Shown: in pieces, positions 20,668-30,371 of the stretch
Position numbering within the stretch: the first letter of the stretch is position 1
How the letters are laid out: every line of letters starts with the position of its first letter
DNA from: Acidobacteriota bacterium
Lineage (GTDB): Bacteria > Acidobacteriota > UBA890 > WLXD01
Assembly (NCBI GenBank): GCA_965205505.1
Contig: CBDBHB010000009.1
Location: 288,001 to 352,000 of the forward strand
Length of the DNA: 64,000 bases
Reading direction: 5' to 3'
Program-made: the position numbers and the translations under genes
Notes under the pieces: model-generated
The model's input: only the letters and a program-made list of their open reading frames with translations
What the model was told of the DNA's origin: nothing
Database searches by the model: none

Positions 20668-21432
20668 TCACGACCGTGGCTCCGCTAATCGGCTGGGAGA
20701 CCCGAACCCCGTGACCGCCAGCCCGTCCCTCGCCCGCCTCTGCGCCACATAGAACAGGCACCTCTCTTTTAGCTCCCAGTCTTCGCGGCCGGCTACGTCA
20801 GCGGCCTCCGTATGTTCGCTCGAGAGTGGCATCAACCCGTCCTGAACGCCGGCCAGCAGAACGCGAGAGAACTCCATGCCCTTCATGCGGTGCATGGTGG
20901 CGAGGCGAACGCCCGGGCCTCTTTCGGAAGTCGGCGTACGCTCGACGTAGACGGTGTGAATGTCTGCGGCGGACAGGATGGTTTCGTACCGATCCTTGAG
21001 CTGCGAGTTAGTCCGTGTAGCCAGGCAGATGGAGTCATTGGGCACCCCCTCTTTGAACCAGGACTTGAGCCGGCCAACGATGAACTCGGCCTCCTCGGTC
21101 TCGCGCTCGAAGTGACGAAACTGCGGCTCCGGGCCGTAGCGCATAGAGAAGTCGTACTTGAGAGTGTCGGTGCCGAGATCGAGGTCGTCGACTTCATGGC
21201 CTTCTAGGACTCGTTCGGCGGAGCGGCGGATTTCGGCGGTCGTGCGGTAGTTGAGCTGGAGGCGGCGGATGCGGCGGCCGACTTCAATGCCGCAGTGACT
21301 GAGGCTGGTGGGGAAACCGTAGATTCGCTGATGGGCGTCGCCGACCAGGAAGAGGCTGTTGTGGCTGTCCGGAGCGATGGCAGCGAGGAGCTTGAGAGCG
21401 TTAGGGGCGTCCGTCTTGGACCTCGTCTGCAA
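20668..21432 (-). pseudogene. UvrD-like SF1 helicase, 5'-truncated
   Basis: LFLVGDAHQRIYG, LQLNYRTT, ATMHRMKGMEF, LFYVAQRRAR; Walker A and B absent. Confidence 0.8.
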
Positions 21433-21541
21433 GGACGGCGCGGTAGGGCAACCTTGTTGAATATCTCGACATCATTCGCGAGGCCACGCATCGCTGCCTC
21501 TGATGCCCCATCTTCCGGTCGCTAGCACAGGGAGCCGACCT

Positions 21542-21829
21542 TCACCGGCGCGCCCGTGCCGTACCCTTCACCCATCCTGCTCCTCCAGGTGCCCAGGGTA
21601 CTGCCTGGTCCCATAGTGCATCCAGGGCTTCTGTGTCGCCGGCAGCGCGGGCGCGTACCAGCGCCGACAGGAGCGCACCATCCATCCGGAACACGTCTGT
21701 GCGCCGGTACCAGGTCGGTGGCGCTCCAGCCGCGGTGAGCTCCACTGCCTGATCGGTCACGGACAGCACACGCAGCGCTGCGGCGCGCCCATCCGCCATG
21801 CGGCACACAACCAGCTGGCCTCTCTTCAT
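21542..21829 (-). CDS. Small hypothetical protein (second copy near 59690-59970)
   Basis: 95-aa ORF conserved in an inverted duplicate. Confidence 0.5.
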   Translation of the reverse strand: MKRGQLVVCRMADGRAAALRVLSVTDQAVELTAAGAPPTWYRRTDVFRMDGALLSALVRARAAGDTEALDALWDQAVPWAPGGAGWVKGTARARR

Positions 21830-21855
21830 GCAGCACGATAAGAGCTTACGCTAGG

Positions 21856-21873
21856 AAGTTCCGGATGGAACTT
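21856..21873. promoter_or_regulatory. Palindromic operator candidate between divergent genes
   Basis: AAGTTCC-GGAT-GGAACTT. Confidence 0.45.
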
Positions 21874-21883
21874 TAACCTACTG

Positions 21884-22411
21884 ATGGAGAACAAGGTGAT
21901 GGCTATCAACAAGGCCGTTCGTGACGGACTCCAAGCAGAACAAGCAGACGTTGCGGATGAGGTGGCTCAACTTGAGGCACGGCTGCAGTGGCTCAAGACA
22001 CGACAGGACGCCCTTCGCTTAATCCTGGACCAAGAAACCGCACCGGACGCCGGACTGCGCCAACTCGGTGTTCGTGATGCGGCCCGAGCGGTACTCAAGG
22101 AGGCTGGGGCGCTGAAGCCTGCGCAGGTCACGCAGATTCTGCGCGATCGTGGCTATCAGTTCAAAGGAAAGATGAAGCCTGGAGCGCGTGTCGGGCAGGA
22201 GCTTTGGGCAATGGCCAAGTCGGGCACGTTGAGCAAGAACTCCGCTGGAGAGTACTTCTTGCCCGGTGAGGAACAAGACGAACCGGACACGGCTGCGCCA
22301 CCACCGCCCAGCTCCGATGAGGATGCCTTAGCCGTTGTCCGGAACGAATCAGCCGGCGCAACAGGTGCGGACAGCGTCACCGAGGCAGAAGGGTCAGGAG
22401 CATCGAGTTGA
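21884..22411 (+). CDS. Coiled-coil + winged-HTH-like DNA-binding protein
   Basis: N-terminal heptads; VRDAARAVLKEAGALKPAQVTQILRDRGY...VGQELWAMAKSGTLSKNSAGEY. Confidence 0.6.
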   Translation: MENKVMAINKAVRDGLQAEQADVADEVAQLEARLQWLKTRQDALRLILDQETAPDAGLRQLGVRDAARAVLKEAGALKPAQVTQILRDRGYQFKGKMKPGARVGQELWAMAKSGTLSKNSAGEYFLPGEEQDEPDTAAPPPPSSDEDALAVVRNESAGATGADSVTEAEGSGASS

Positions 22412-22658
22412 CGGTCTTGAGGTGGTGCCGGTGAGTTCCACTCCATTCGAGCCGTCACTGCCGGGTGATGGACCTTAGCCCCTTCGGCGGCGCTCAGGGT
22501 CCGGTGGCGTTTGTCTTTCACGACGGCGGCACGACGCCGCTCGATCATTCCTTTCACTTCCTCGACGCCGATGGTGGTTCCGAAGTTACCCCGGAACTGT
22601 GCGCCGCCGAGACCGGTGGCCGCGTCCACGCATCTGCTCGAAGTCCGCGACGAGAAGC

Positions 22659-23918
22659 TGACCTGACCCCACGGTTAGTACCACGTCTTATCTCAGTAAC
22701 TCGGTGCTGACAAGGGGTTGTTGAGGCCGGCGAAGCGGAGCGTAGCCGGCTTCAACAACAGCGCCTCCGGGGCCGGTGGTCGGTAGCCCAACGAGCTGTG
22801 CGGTCGCATGCGGTTGTACTGCTGCCTCCATCTCTCGATCAGAACCTTTGCCTCCTTGAGCGTGTAGAAGATCTCGCCGTTGAGCAGCTCGTCTCGGAGC
22901 TTGCCGTTGAAGCTCTCCACGTAGCCGTTCTCCCACGGCGAGCCCGGCTCGATGAACAGCGTGCCCACACCGAGCCTACCGAGCCAGTCGCGAACCGCCT
23001 CGGCGGTGAACTCCGGTCCGTTATCGGACCGGATGTGCTCAGGTATGCCCCGGTGCACGAACAACCACCCGAGCCGCTCGAGCACGTCCTCACAGTTGAG
23101 CTTCCGTGCCACGTCGATCGCCAGGCTTTCTCGTGTGTACTCATCGACGATCGTCAGCAGCCTCATAGCCCGACCCTCGTGCGTCCGGTGATGAACGAAG
23201 TCATACGCCCAGACGTGATCTTTGCGCTGTGGTCGCAGCCGGATGCACGAGCCATCGCTGAGCCACAGCCGGGCTCGTTTGGGCTGCTTTGTCGGTACTT
23301 TCAGCCCCTCACGCCTCCAGATACGCTGCACTCGTTTGTGGTTCACCCACCAGCCCTCCATACGCAACAACGCCGTCACTCGCCGATACCCGTAGCGCCC
23401 GTATTGTCGGGCTAGATCCACGATCCGCTCCGTCAACATCTGCTCATCGCCCGGTTCTCTTGGCATGTACCTGTGTGTCGTGCGTGGTTGTTTCAGTACC
23501 CGGCACGCCCGCCTCTCGGAGACGCCCAGCCGCCCCTGTACATGCGCCACCGCCTCGCGCCGTCGAGCTGGGCTCAGAAGTTTCCCTCCGCGACTTCCTT
23601 CAGGATCGACAGGTCGAGCTCTTTCTCCGCCACCAGTTTCTTGAGCCGGGCGTTTTCTTTCTCCAGCTGCTTGAGCCTTCTGGCCTGGTTGACCTTCAGC
23701 CCCCCGTACTCCCGCCGCCACCGATAGTAGGTGTGCTCGGTGATCGCTAGCTTGCGGCAGGCATCCTTGACCGTCCCGCCTTGCGCCAGCTCCACTTCAG
23801 CCTCCCGGAGCTTGCGTACGATCTGCTCGGCGCTGTGCCTCTTCGTCGGCATTCTGACCTCCCCTTTTCGACCCAGATCGTGAGATTACCTCTGGATCCG
23901 TTTTGGGGGGTCAGGTCA
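22659..23918 (-). mobile_element. Complete IS3-family element, copy 2 (same as 9782-11041)
   Basis: Same IRs and identical ORF translations (orfA 23574-23852, orfB to 22693). Confidence 0.95.
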
Positions 23919-24883
23919 GAGGAAGGGCGGGTGAGGACGAGCCCGGAGGGGCTGGCGAGGCGGTTCGGGTGCGAGGAGCCCGCTCGAGTAGTGCTGGAGG
24001 TTGGAACGCACTCGCCGTGGATGAGTGAGCAGTTGAAGCAACTGGGTCATGAGGTGCTGGTGGCTAACCCGAGGCGGCTGAAGCTGATCTATGGCGAGCA
24101 CGACAAGACCGACCGGTTGGATGCCGAGCACCTGGCACGAGTGGGCAGAATGGACCCAAAGCTGCTTAAGACGGTGCAGCATCGAGGCAGACAAGCGCGA
24201 GCGGATCTAGCCGTGATTCGGAGCCGAGATGCTCTGGTAAAGAGCCCACGCAGTTGGTGAGCCATGTGCGTGGTGCGGTCAAGTCGGCCGGTTGTCGTAT
24301 TCCCAGGTGCTCGACGCCGGCGTTCGCGCGCACCGCGCCAGAGCACATACCGGAGCGGCTCAAGGGAGCGCTCGAGCCGGTGCTTGAAACGATCGCCATG
24401 CTGACGGGCAACATCCAGCAATACGAGCGTCAGATCGTGCAGCTGTGCCAGGGGCGATACCCGGAGACACAGCAGCTCCAGCAAGTGGCCGGGGTCGGAG
24501 CTCTGACCGCACTGGCGTATGTGCTGACGCTCGAGGAGCCGGAGCGGTTCAATACCTCCAGAGCCGTGGGCCCGTACCTGGGACTGAGACCGAAGAAACG
24601 GCAGTCGGGGGACAAGGACCCTGCGCTACGAATAACCAAGGCGGGCGACAAAATGCTCCGACGCCTGTTGGTGGGCTCGGCGCATTACATCCTGGGCCCC
24701 TTCGGGCCCGATACTGAGCTCAGACGCTGGGGGCTCAAGCTGGCCGGACGCGGTGGTCCTCATGGCAACAAAAAGGCAGCAGTTGCTGTCGCCCGTAAGC
24801 TCGCCGTTGTGCTGCACCGACTGTGGCTGAGTGGAGACGAGTACGAACCGTTGCGCGCACCTGTAGAGGTTTCAGCAGCATGA
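23919..24883 (+). pseudogene. IS110-family transposase, 5'-truncated by IS3 and frameshifted near 24245
   Basis: VVLEVGTHS, KTDRLDAEHLAR, GVGALTA, YLGLRPKKRQSG, ITKAGDKMLRRLL, AAVAVARKLA. Confidence 0.9.
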
Positions 24884-25146
24884 ACTAACCCGCAACCAGG
24901 AGGTCGGTAGGGCGACGCGACCCAACGGTTATCGATCTGACCGCCCGGTCCGGGCGACTGCGAAGGTCACTACGAGCTTCGAGCTCGGCAGCTAGATTGC
25001 AGCGCCTCGAATCGGGACGGACCCCAGAATGCACCGGACGACCTGAATCCTCGTCCACCAGAGTGCGAATAGGAGCATGGCGTGCAGATCGATTCTTCGC
25101 TGGGCACCACATTGCCCTTGACCGAACTAGGCCTTCTCATAGAAGT
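24884..25146 (+). ncRNA. IS110/IS1111 non-coding end, candidate bridge/seekRNA region
   Basis: About 260-bp ORF-free tail after the transposase, with outward TTGACC (-35-like, 25118) close to the presumed end; the RNA itself is inferred from family knowledge. Confidence 0.5.
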
Positions 25147-25217
25147 GGCCTGTAACAGATGATCGTCGCATATCGCAGATGGGATTTGCGGGTGAGATCA
25201 AGGCGCGGCGAGGATGT

Positions 25218-25404
25218 CGATGCTAGCAGGCCGTGATGGAAGTGTGGTGGGTCTGGCAAGTGGGACTCACGGGCTAGGGCAAGGATCGACGATGAGGCGA
25301 TGCTGGAGCCATCGTCGAGGAGGAGAGACGCCGCCATCGCCCGTGACTCCCACTTGCCCTACGGGTTACCCATCACACTTCCATCACGACCTGCTGGGGC
25401 ATCG
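25218..25404. repeat. Imperfect long inverted repeat, MITE/IS-end-like
   Basis: CTAGCAGGCCGTGATGGAAGTGTGGTGGGT...GGCAAGTGGGACTCACGGGC (25223-25274) mirrored at 25339-25404. Confidence 0.75.
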
Positions 25405-25585
25405 TCGACGAGGCGCAACGCCGATATCGCCCGCAACTGCCCATCTGTCCGGAGGATGGCGGCGAAATCGGCCCGTCTGCGGCGTTGCTCCTCCTCCAAG
25501 ATGGGCAAACATCGTCTCGTCGTCGCGCCTGGCATCCGGACCCATTTCGCCACCACGATAAGCAACGATCATCTGTTACCGGTCA

Positions 25586-28381
25586 CTAGAACGTGCGGTC
25601 GAACCACTCGTCCTTCAGCACCGTGACGTCGCCGGTGAGCTCCTGCCCGTCGACGAGTAGCCTTACCGTGTACGCGCCGTGCTTGGCGCGGATGTGCTTG
25701 AAATCCCGCTCGCGCCATTCCGGCAGCGTGTGCACCCAGACGTTCAACGGTCGGCCGTAGATGCTCACCTCGCTGTCGGCGGCGGCAAAGTGATCCGTGC
25801 CGTCGTAGTAATCGAAGTATTCCTCCTCCGAGCGCACTCCGCGGTTCCACTCCTCCCAGTCGCGCTTTTCCTCCTCGGTTCGGGGGATTCGCTCGGTCAG
25901 GTACCACTCGACGAAGTTCAATCCTTCCTCGCCGGAACCGCGGTACTCATTGACCAGCGTCGTGCCGCGGTAGATCTGCACCGTGACCGGGCCCGAGGCG
26001 GGCTGGCGCAGCGTGTAGTGCACGACGGCTCCCTTCGGCGCGTTCTCGCCCTCGTAGTTTTGATAGATGGAAGCGACCTGAGTCTGGCGGGCAGAGATCC
26101 ACAACACCTGAGGCGCCACATCGAACAGGTGCACGTCTTCGGCCAGGGTCTGGCGCGTTATCTCCTGCAGTGGCGAGATGTCGGCGATCCAGAAGCTTCG
26201 TCCGTAGGTGCCCACAACCAGGTCGTTGTCGCGCGGATGGATCACCAGGTCGTGGATCGGCACGTTCGGCATGTTGTTGCGCAACGAGGACCAGGAGTTG
26301 CCGCCATCGAATGAGACATAGATGCCCTTGGCGGTGCCCACGAACAGCAGGTCGGGGTTGCGGTGATCCTCGCGAATCACGTTGACTGGCTCGTCGGCCG
26401 GCAAACCGCCGCTGATCGAGCGCCAGGTCTCCCCGAAATCGTCGGTCCGGTAAACGTACGGTCGTAGGTCGCGACGATCCCGGCGACCACCGCTGGCGGT
26501 CACGTACGCCCTGCCGGCTGCGTGATTCGATGCCTCCAGGCGGGTGACGTTGTAGTTGTGCCAATCGGGGATCGCGTTGCTGGCACGCTGCCAGCTCGCG
26601 CCATCGTCGCGAGTCACCCAGACGTTGCCGTTGTCGGTTCCGGCCCAGATGACGCCTTGCTGCACCGGCGACTCATCGAGTGTGCTGATCGTGCCGTTGA
26701 CGCGGCGCTCGAACACTGCGCCGCCGTCCTCCGACAGGTCAGGGCTGATCTCCGCCCAGGCCGCGCCGCGGAACGGCGAGCGCAGCAGCACGTTGGCTCC
26801 GTGGTAGATCACATCAGGGTTGTGCGGCGAGATCAGGATCGGTGCGATGAAGTTGAAGCGCACTCCCTCGGCACGGTAGCGGATTCGGGTGCGCACGCCG
26901 GTGCGCTGGTCGTTGCGCGAGATGCTGCCGTTCTGCGACTCCACATAGAGCCAGCGATTGTCGGACGGGTCGATCTGGGCGTAGGAGCCGTCGGCGCCGC
27001 CGACGTGTTCCCAGTCCTCGAAGCGAATCGGCCATCGTCCCCGCTTGGTGCTCGGGCCACGCCAGGTGCCGAAGTCCTGCATGCCGCCGTAGACGTTGTA
27101 TGGCCGCGCCATGTCCACGCCGACGGCTTCGAGCTGCCCGAGCGGCAGGTTGTCGGGGTGGTACCAGGTGTCGCCGTTGGAATAGGAGATCGCCAGGCCA
27201 TAGTCGTAGCCCAGAATGATGTGGTCGCTGTTGGTCGGGTTGATCCACATGGCCTGGTTGTCGCCAGCGAAGCGGATCATCTTCTGCCAGGTGCGTCCGC
27301 CGTCCGGCGTGCCTTGCACGCCCGTGTTGAGCACGTAGATCCGATCGGCGTCGCTCGGATCAATGCGGATCTGACCAAAGCGGGATGATCCGGTGAGCTC
27401 GTACTCATCGGGATCGGGTCCGATTGCGTCCCACGTAGCACCCGCATCGACGCTGCGCCAGGCGGTGTTGCGGTACCGATCGCGGCTGCTCCCATCCCAA
27501 TCCGGTCGCTGTACGAGGATGCAGGCGACCAGGATGTCCGGGTCGCTCAGATAAATATCGAGGCCGATCCGATCCATGCTTCTCGTCGGTAGCCCGCCCT
27601 CGAGCCGCGCCCAGCTGTTGCCGCCGTCGGTGGTCTTGTAGATGCCGCTGCCGCCGCCGTCGTTGCGGTCCCAGGCTGAGGCGTAAAGCACATCTGGATC
27701 GCGCGGGTCTATGATCAGATCCGCGGCGCCAACGTGATGGTCTTCGTGGCGCAGCGCCAGCGAGCGCACCCAAGTGGCACCGCCGTCGGTGCTCCGGAAG
27801 ACGCCCTTCTCCGCGCTATCGGTCACCCAGTTGCCGGCCGCCGCGACGTACAGCGTGTCCGGGTCGTCAGGGTGGACGCGGATACGCGTGATGTAGAGCG
27901 AATCGTCGAGCCCTCGATAGCTCCAGGTGGCGCCGCCATCGCCGCTGCGGAAGATCCCTTCTCCCCAGTACGAACCGTTGCCGGTGCCGACGTAGAGCAC
28001 CTCCGGGTCGGAGTGGGCCACCGCGACGTCGCCGATCGAGTTGATCGGCACATCGTCGAAGATCGGCTTCCAGGTGATGCCGGCGTCGGTGGTCTTCCAC
28101 AGTCCGCCGGTCGAAGCCGCGGCGTAGAACGTGAACGGCTGTCTTGCCGGATCCGGCGCGCCGATGTCCATGATGCGGCCGCCTTGCTTGGTGCCGCCAA
28201 TGGAGCGGAAGTGGATGCGGTCAAGGATCGAGCGTGGAACGCTCAGCGTTGCGCCAGAATCCTGCTGACCGAGCTGCGGTACCGCATCGGCGCGCCTCGA
28301 CAAGAGTGGCACGGCGGCGACAACCAGCGTAGCGATAGCCAGCGCGGATACGAGGCGGCTTTGTCCGAATGCACGGGACAT
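25586..28381 (-). CDS. Secreted VPS10/sortilin-like (BNR repeat) beta-propeller glycosyl-hydrolase-like protein
   Basis: Many SxDGGxTW Asp-boxes; GGRIMD, VYGGMQDFGTW, DLVVGTYGRSFWIAD. Confidence 0.9.
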   Translation of the reverse strand: MSRAFGQSRLVSALAIATLVVAAVPLLSRRADAVPQLGQQDSGATLSVPRSILDRIHFRSIGGTKQGGRIMDIGAPDPARQPFTFYAAASTGGLWKTTDAGITWKPIFDDVPINSIGDVAVAHSDPEVLYVGTGNGSYWGEGIFRSGDGGATWSYRGLDDSLYITRIRVHPDDPDTLYVAAAGNWVTDSAEKGVFRSTDGGATWVRSLALRHEDHHVGAADLIIDPRDPDVLYASAWDRNDGGGSGIYKTTDGGNSWARLEGGLPTRSMDRIGLDIYLSDPDILVACILVQRPDWDGSSRDRYRNTAWRSVDAGATWDAIGPDPDEYELTGSSRFGQIRIDPSDADRIYVLNTGVQGTPDGGRTWQKMIRFAGDNQAMWINPTNSDHIILGYDYGLAISYSNGDTWYHPDNLPLGQLEAVGVDMARPYNVYGGMQDFGTWRGPSTKRGRWPIRFEDWEHVGGADGSYAQIDPSDNRWLYVESQNGSISRNDQRTGVRTRIRYRAEGVRFNFIAPILISPHNPDVIYHGANVLLRSPFRGAAWAEISPDLSEDGGAVFERRVNGTISTLDESPVQQGVIWAGTDNGNVWVTRDDGASWQRASNAIPDWHNYNVTRLEASNHAAGRAYVTASGGRRDRRDLRPYVYRTDDFGETWRSISGGLPADEPVNVIREDHRNPDLLFVGTAKGIYVSFDGGNSWSSLRNNMPNVPIHDLVIHPRDNDLVVGTYGRSFWIADISPLQEITRQTLAEDVHLFDVAPQVLWISARQTQVASIYQNYEGENAPKGAVVHYTLRQPASGPVTVQIYRGTTLVNEYRGSGEEGLNFVEWYLTERIPRTEEEKRDWEEWNRGVRSEEEYFDYYDGTDHFAAADSEVSIYGRPLNVWVHTLPEWRERDFKHIRAKHGAYTVRLLVDGQELTGDVTVLKDEWFDRTF

Positions 28382-28513
28382 CAGAGGTTGCTCCTGCGGC
28401 GAAAGGCACGACTGGACGGGCACCGCGAGCGAGTGTATACAATATTCAAAACACAAAGAAGGGAAGCTAGGCGCGCGGCTCCGGCTGTGGCTCAGCCAAT
28501 CGTAGACAGGCCA

Positions 28514-30253
28514 CTAACGAGCCACCGCGGGGCGGGAGGCAAGCACACCGCGGCCTTGCTGGATGACGAAGCGCCGGTTGGCGGCGAGGTCGTTCAGTAC
28601 CTCGCGGCCGCCACCCGGCCAGCGGATCGTCAGGTTGGCCGAGGACGCGGCACCGAGCCCGATATGCAACGTCAGGTCGTTGGTCGACGCGTACGACGCA
28701 CCGGCCACCACCTCTCGTATGAGGTGCCCGGCGCCGGCGACCTCCGCATTCGTGGACGTTACCTCGACGCGCGCCCCCACCGCGTTGCGGTTGGCCTGGC
28801 GGCCGATCAGTCGCAGCTGGATCCAGTTGCCCGCGACCGTGTCGTTGCGCAGATAGTCGGCGGCCTGGTTGCTGTTGGAGACCACGACATCGAGGTCCCC
28901 GTCGTTGTCGACGTCGCCGACGACGCTACCGCGAGAAACTTTGACCAGCCCCATGCCACTTCCGGCTTCAGCATGCACTTCGGCAAATAGCCCGCTGCCG
29001 TCGTTGATGTACAGGTGGTTGGGCTGCGGGTAGGTGCGCTCGGCGAGCGCCGAGCCGGCGACGCCCTCGCGGAACTCGGCGATGTTGTCGATGATATGCC
29101 CGTTGGCGACGAACAGGTCGAGGTCGCCGTCGGCGTCGACATCGAACCAGTTGGTGCCGAAGCCGACGAGCAGCAGGCTGGGTTCGCCGATACCGCTGGC
29201 GTAGCTGTGGTCGACAAACGCCGCGTCGCCGAGGTTGCGGTACAGCGTGTTGGTCTCGAGCGTCAGGTTGGTGACGATCAGGTCGAGATCGCCATCGGCG
29301 TCGAAGTCGCCGAAGTCGGTCCCCATGCCGGCCTGGGTGCGCCCGTCCTCGCTGTAGCCGACGCCGGCAAGGAAGGAGTCGTCGACGAAGGTGCCGTCGC
29401 CCTGGTTGGTGTACAGGAAGTTGCGCGTCGAGTCATTGGCCACGTAGATGTCGGGGTCGCCGTCGTTGTCGTAGTCGCCCCAGACCACCCCCAGCCCCTT
29501 GCCGTCGATCCGGTCGTCGATGCCGGCGATGGCGCCGATCTCGACGAACGTTCCGTCGGCGCGGTTCTCGTACAGCCGGTCGGGGACGGCGTTGTAGACG
29601 TCGGGGTGACAGTACGCCGAGATCTGTCGACCGGCGTCGCCACAGAACTTGTTGTTGTCCCAGTCGAAGTCGACGTAGTTGGCGACGTACAGATCGAGAT
29701 CTCCGTCGCCGTCGAAGTCGCCCCATGCAGCCGACGAGCCCCAGAGGTCGTCGCCCGTGCCGGCATCGTCGGCACGGCTGAAGGTGCCGTCGCCGTTGTT
29801 GCGCCACAGGTTGTTGGCGCCGAAGTTGGTGATGTAGAGGTCGGGGAAGCCATCGTTGTCGTAGTCCGCGGCGGCGACCCCGGCGCCGTAGCCCTCCTCG
29901 ATCAACTGGGAGGCCGCCGTCGCGTCGCGGAACGAGCTCCCGGCGTTGCGAAACAGCCGATCGGTCAGCGGCCCGTCGGTGACGAAACCGGGCGTCGCCC
30001 CCTGCTGCACGAGATAGGCGTCGACCCGTCCGTCCATGTCGATGTCGACCAGCGCCAGGCCGGAGCCCATGGTCTCGACCATATAGCGCTCGCCGGTGCC
30101 GCCGTGACGGTGTTCGAAGGCCAGCCCCGAGGTCGCCGTGGCGTCGGCCAGCAGCACTTGCCGTGCCGGGGCAACGGCCGCCAGCGCGGGTTGAGGCCGG
30201 GCGAATCCCGGCTGGGCGAGCGCCAGCGTCAGCAAGATGGCTAGGCGCAGCAT
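28514..30253 (-). CDS. CRTAC1/ASPIC-UnbV family FG-GAP repeat protein
   Basis: ETMGSG, repeated DYDNDGxxDLYV, GMGTDFGDFD, NRNAVGARV, HIGLG. Confidence 0.9.
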   Translation of the reverse strand: MLRLAILLTLALAQPGFARPQPALAAVAPARQVLLADATATSGLAFEHRHGGTGERYMVETMGSGLALVDIDMDGRVDAYLVQQGATPGFVTDGPLTDRLFRNAGSSFRDATAASQLIEEGYGAGVAAADYDNDGFPDLYITNFGANNLWRNNGDGTFSRADDAGTGDDLWGSSAAWGDFDGDGDLDLYVANYVDFDWDNNKFCGDAGRQISAYCHPDVYNAVPDRLYENRADGTFVEIGAIAGIDDRIDGKGLGVVWGDYDNDGDPDIYVANDSTRNFLYTNQGDGTFVDDSFLAGVGYSEDGRTQAGMGTDFGDFDADGDLDLIVTNLTLETNTLYRNLGDAAFVDHSYASGIGEPSLLLVGFGTNWFDVDADGDLDLFVANGHIIDNIAEFREGVAGSALAERTYPQPNHLYINDGSGLFAEVHAEAGSGMGLVKVSRGSVVGDVDNDGDLDVVVSNSNQAADYLRNDTVAGNWIQLRLIGRQANRNAVGARVEVTSTNAEVAGAGHLIREVVAGASYASTNDLTLHIGLGAASSANLTIRWPGGGREVLNDLAANRRFVIQQGRGVLASRPAVAR

Positions 30254-30371
30254 GCGCAGGCCGTAAGCGAGTAACTCGGTACAATACACTCAGAACATAT
30301 TACCGGCCCCGCGGCCGATCCGAACCGTGTTCGCCAAGCCCCGCCGGGCCCGTGAACCAGGAGGCTCGATA

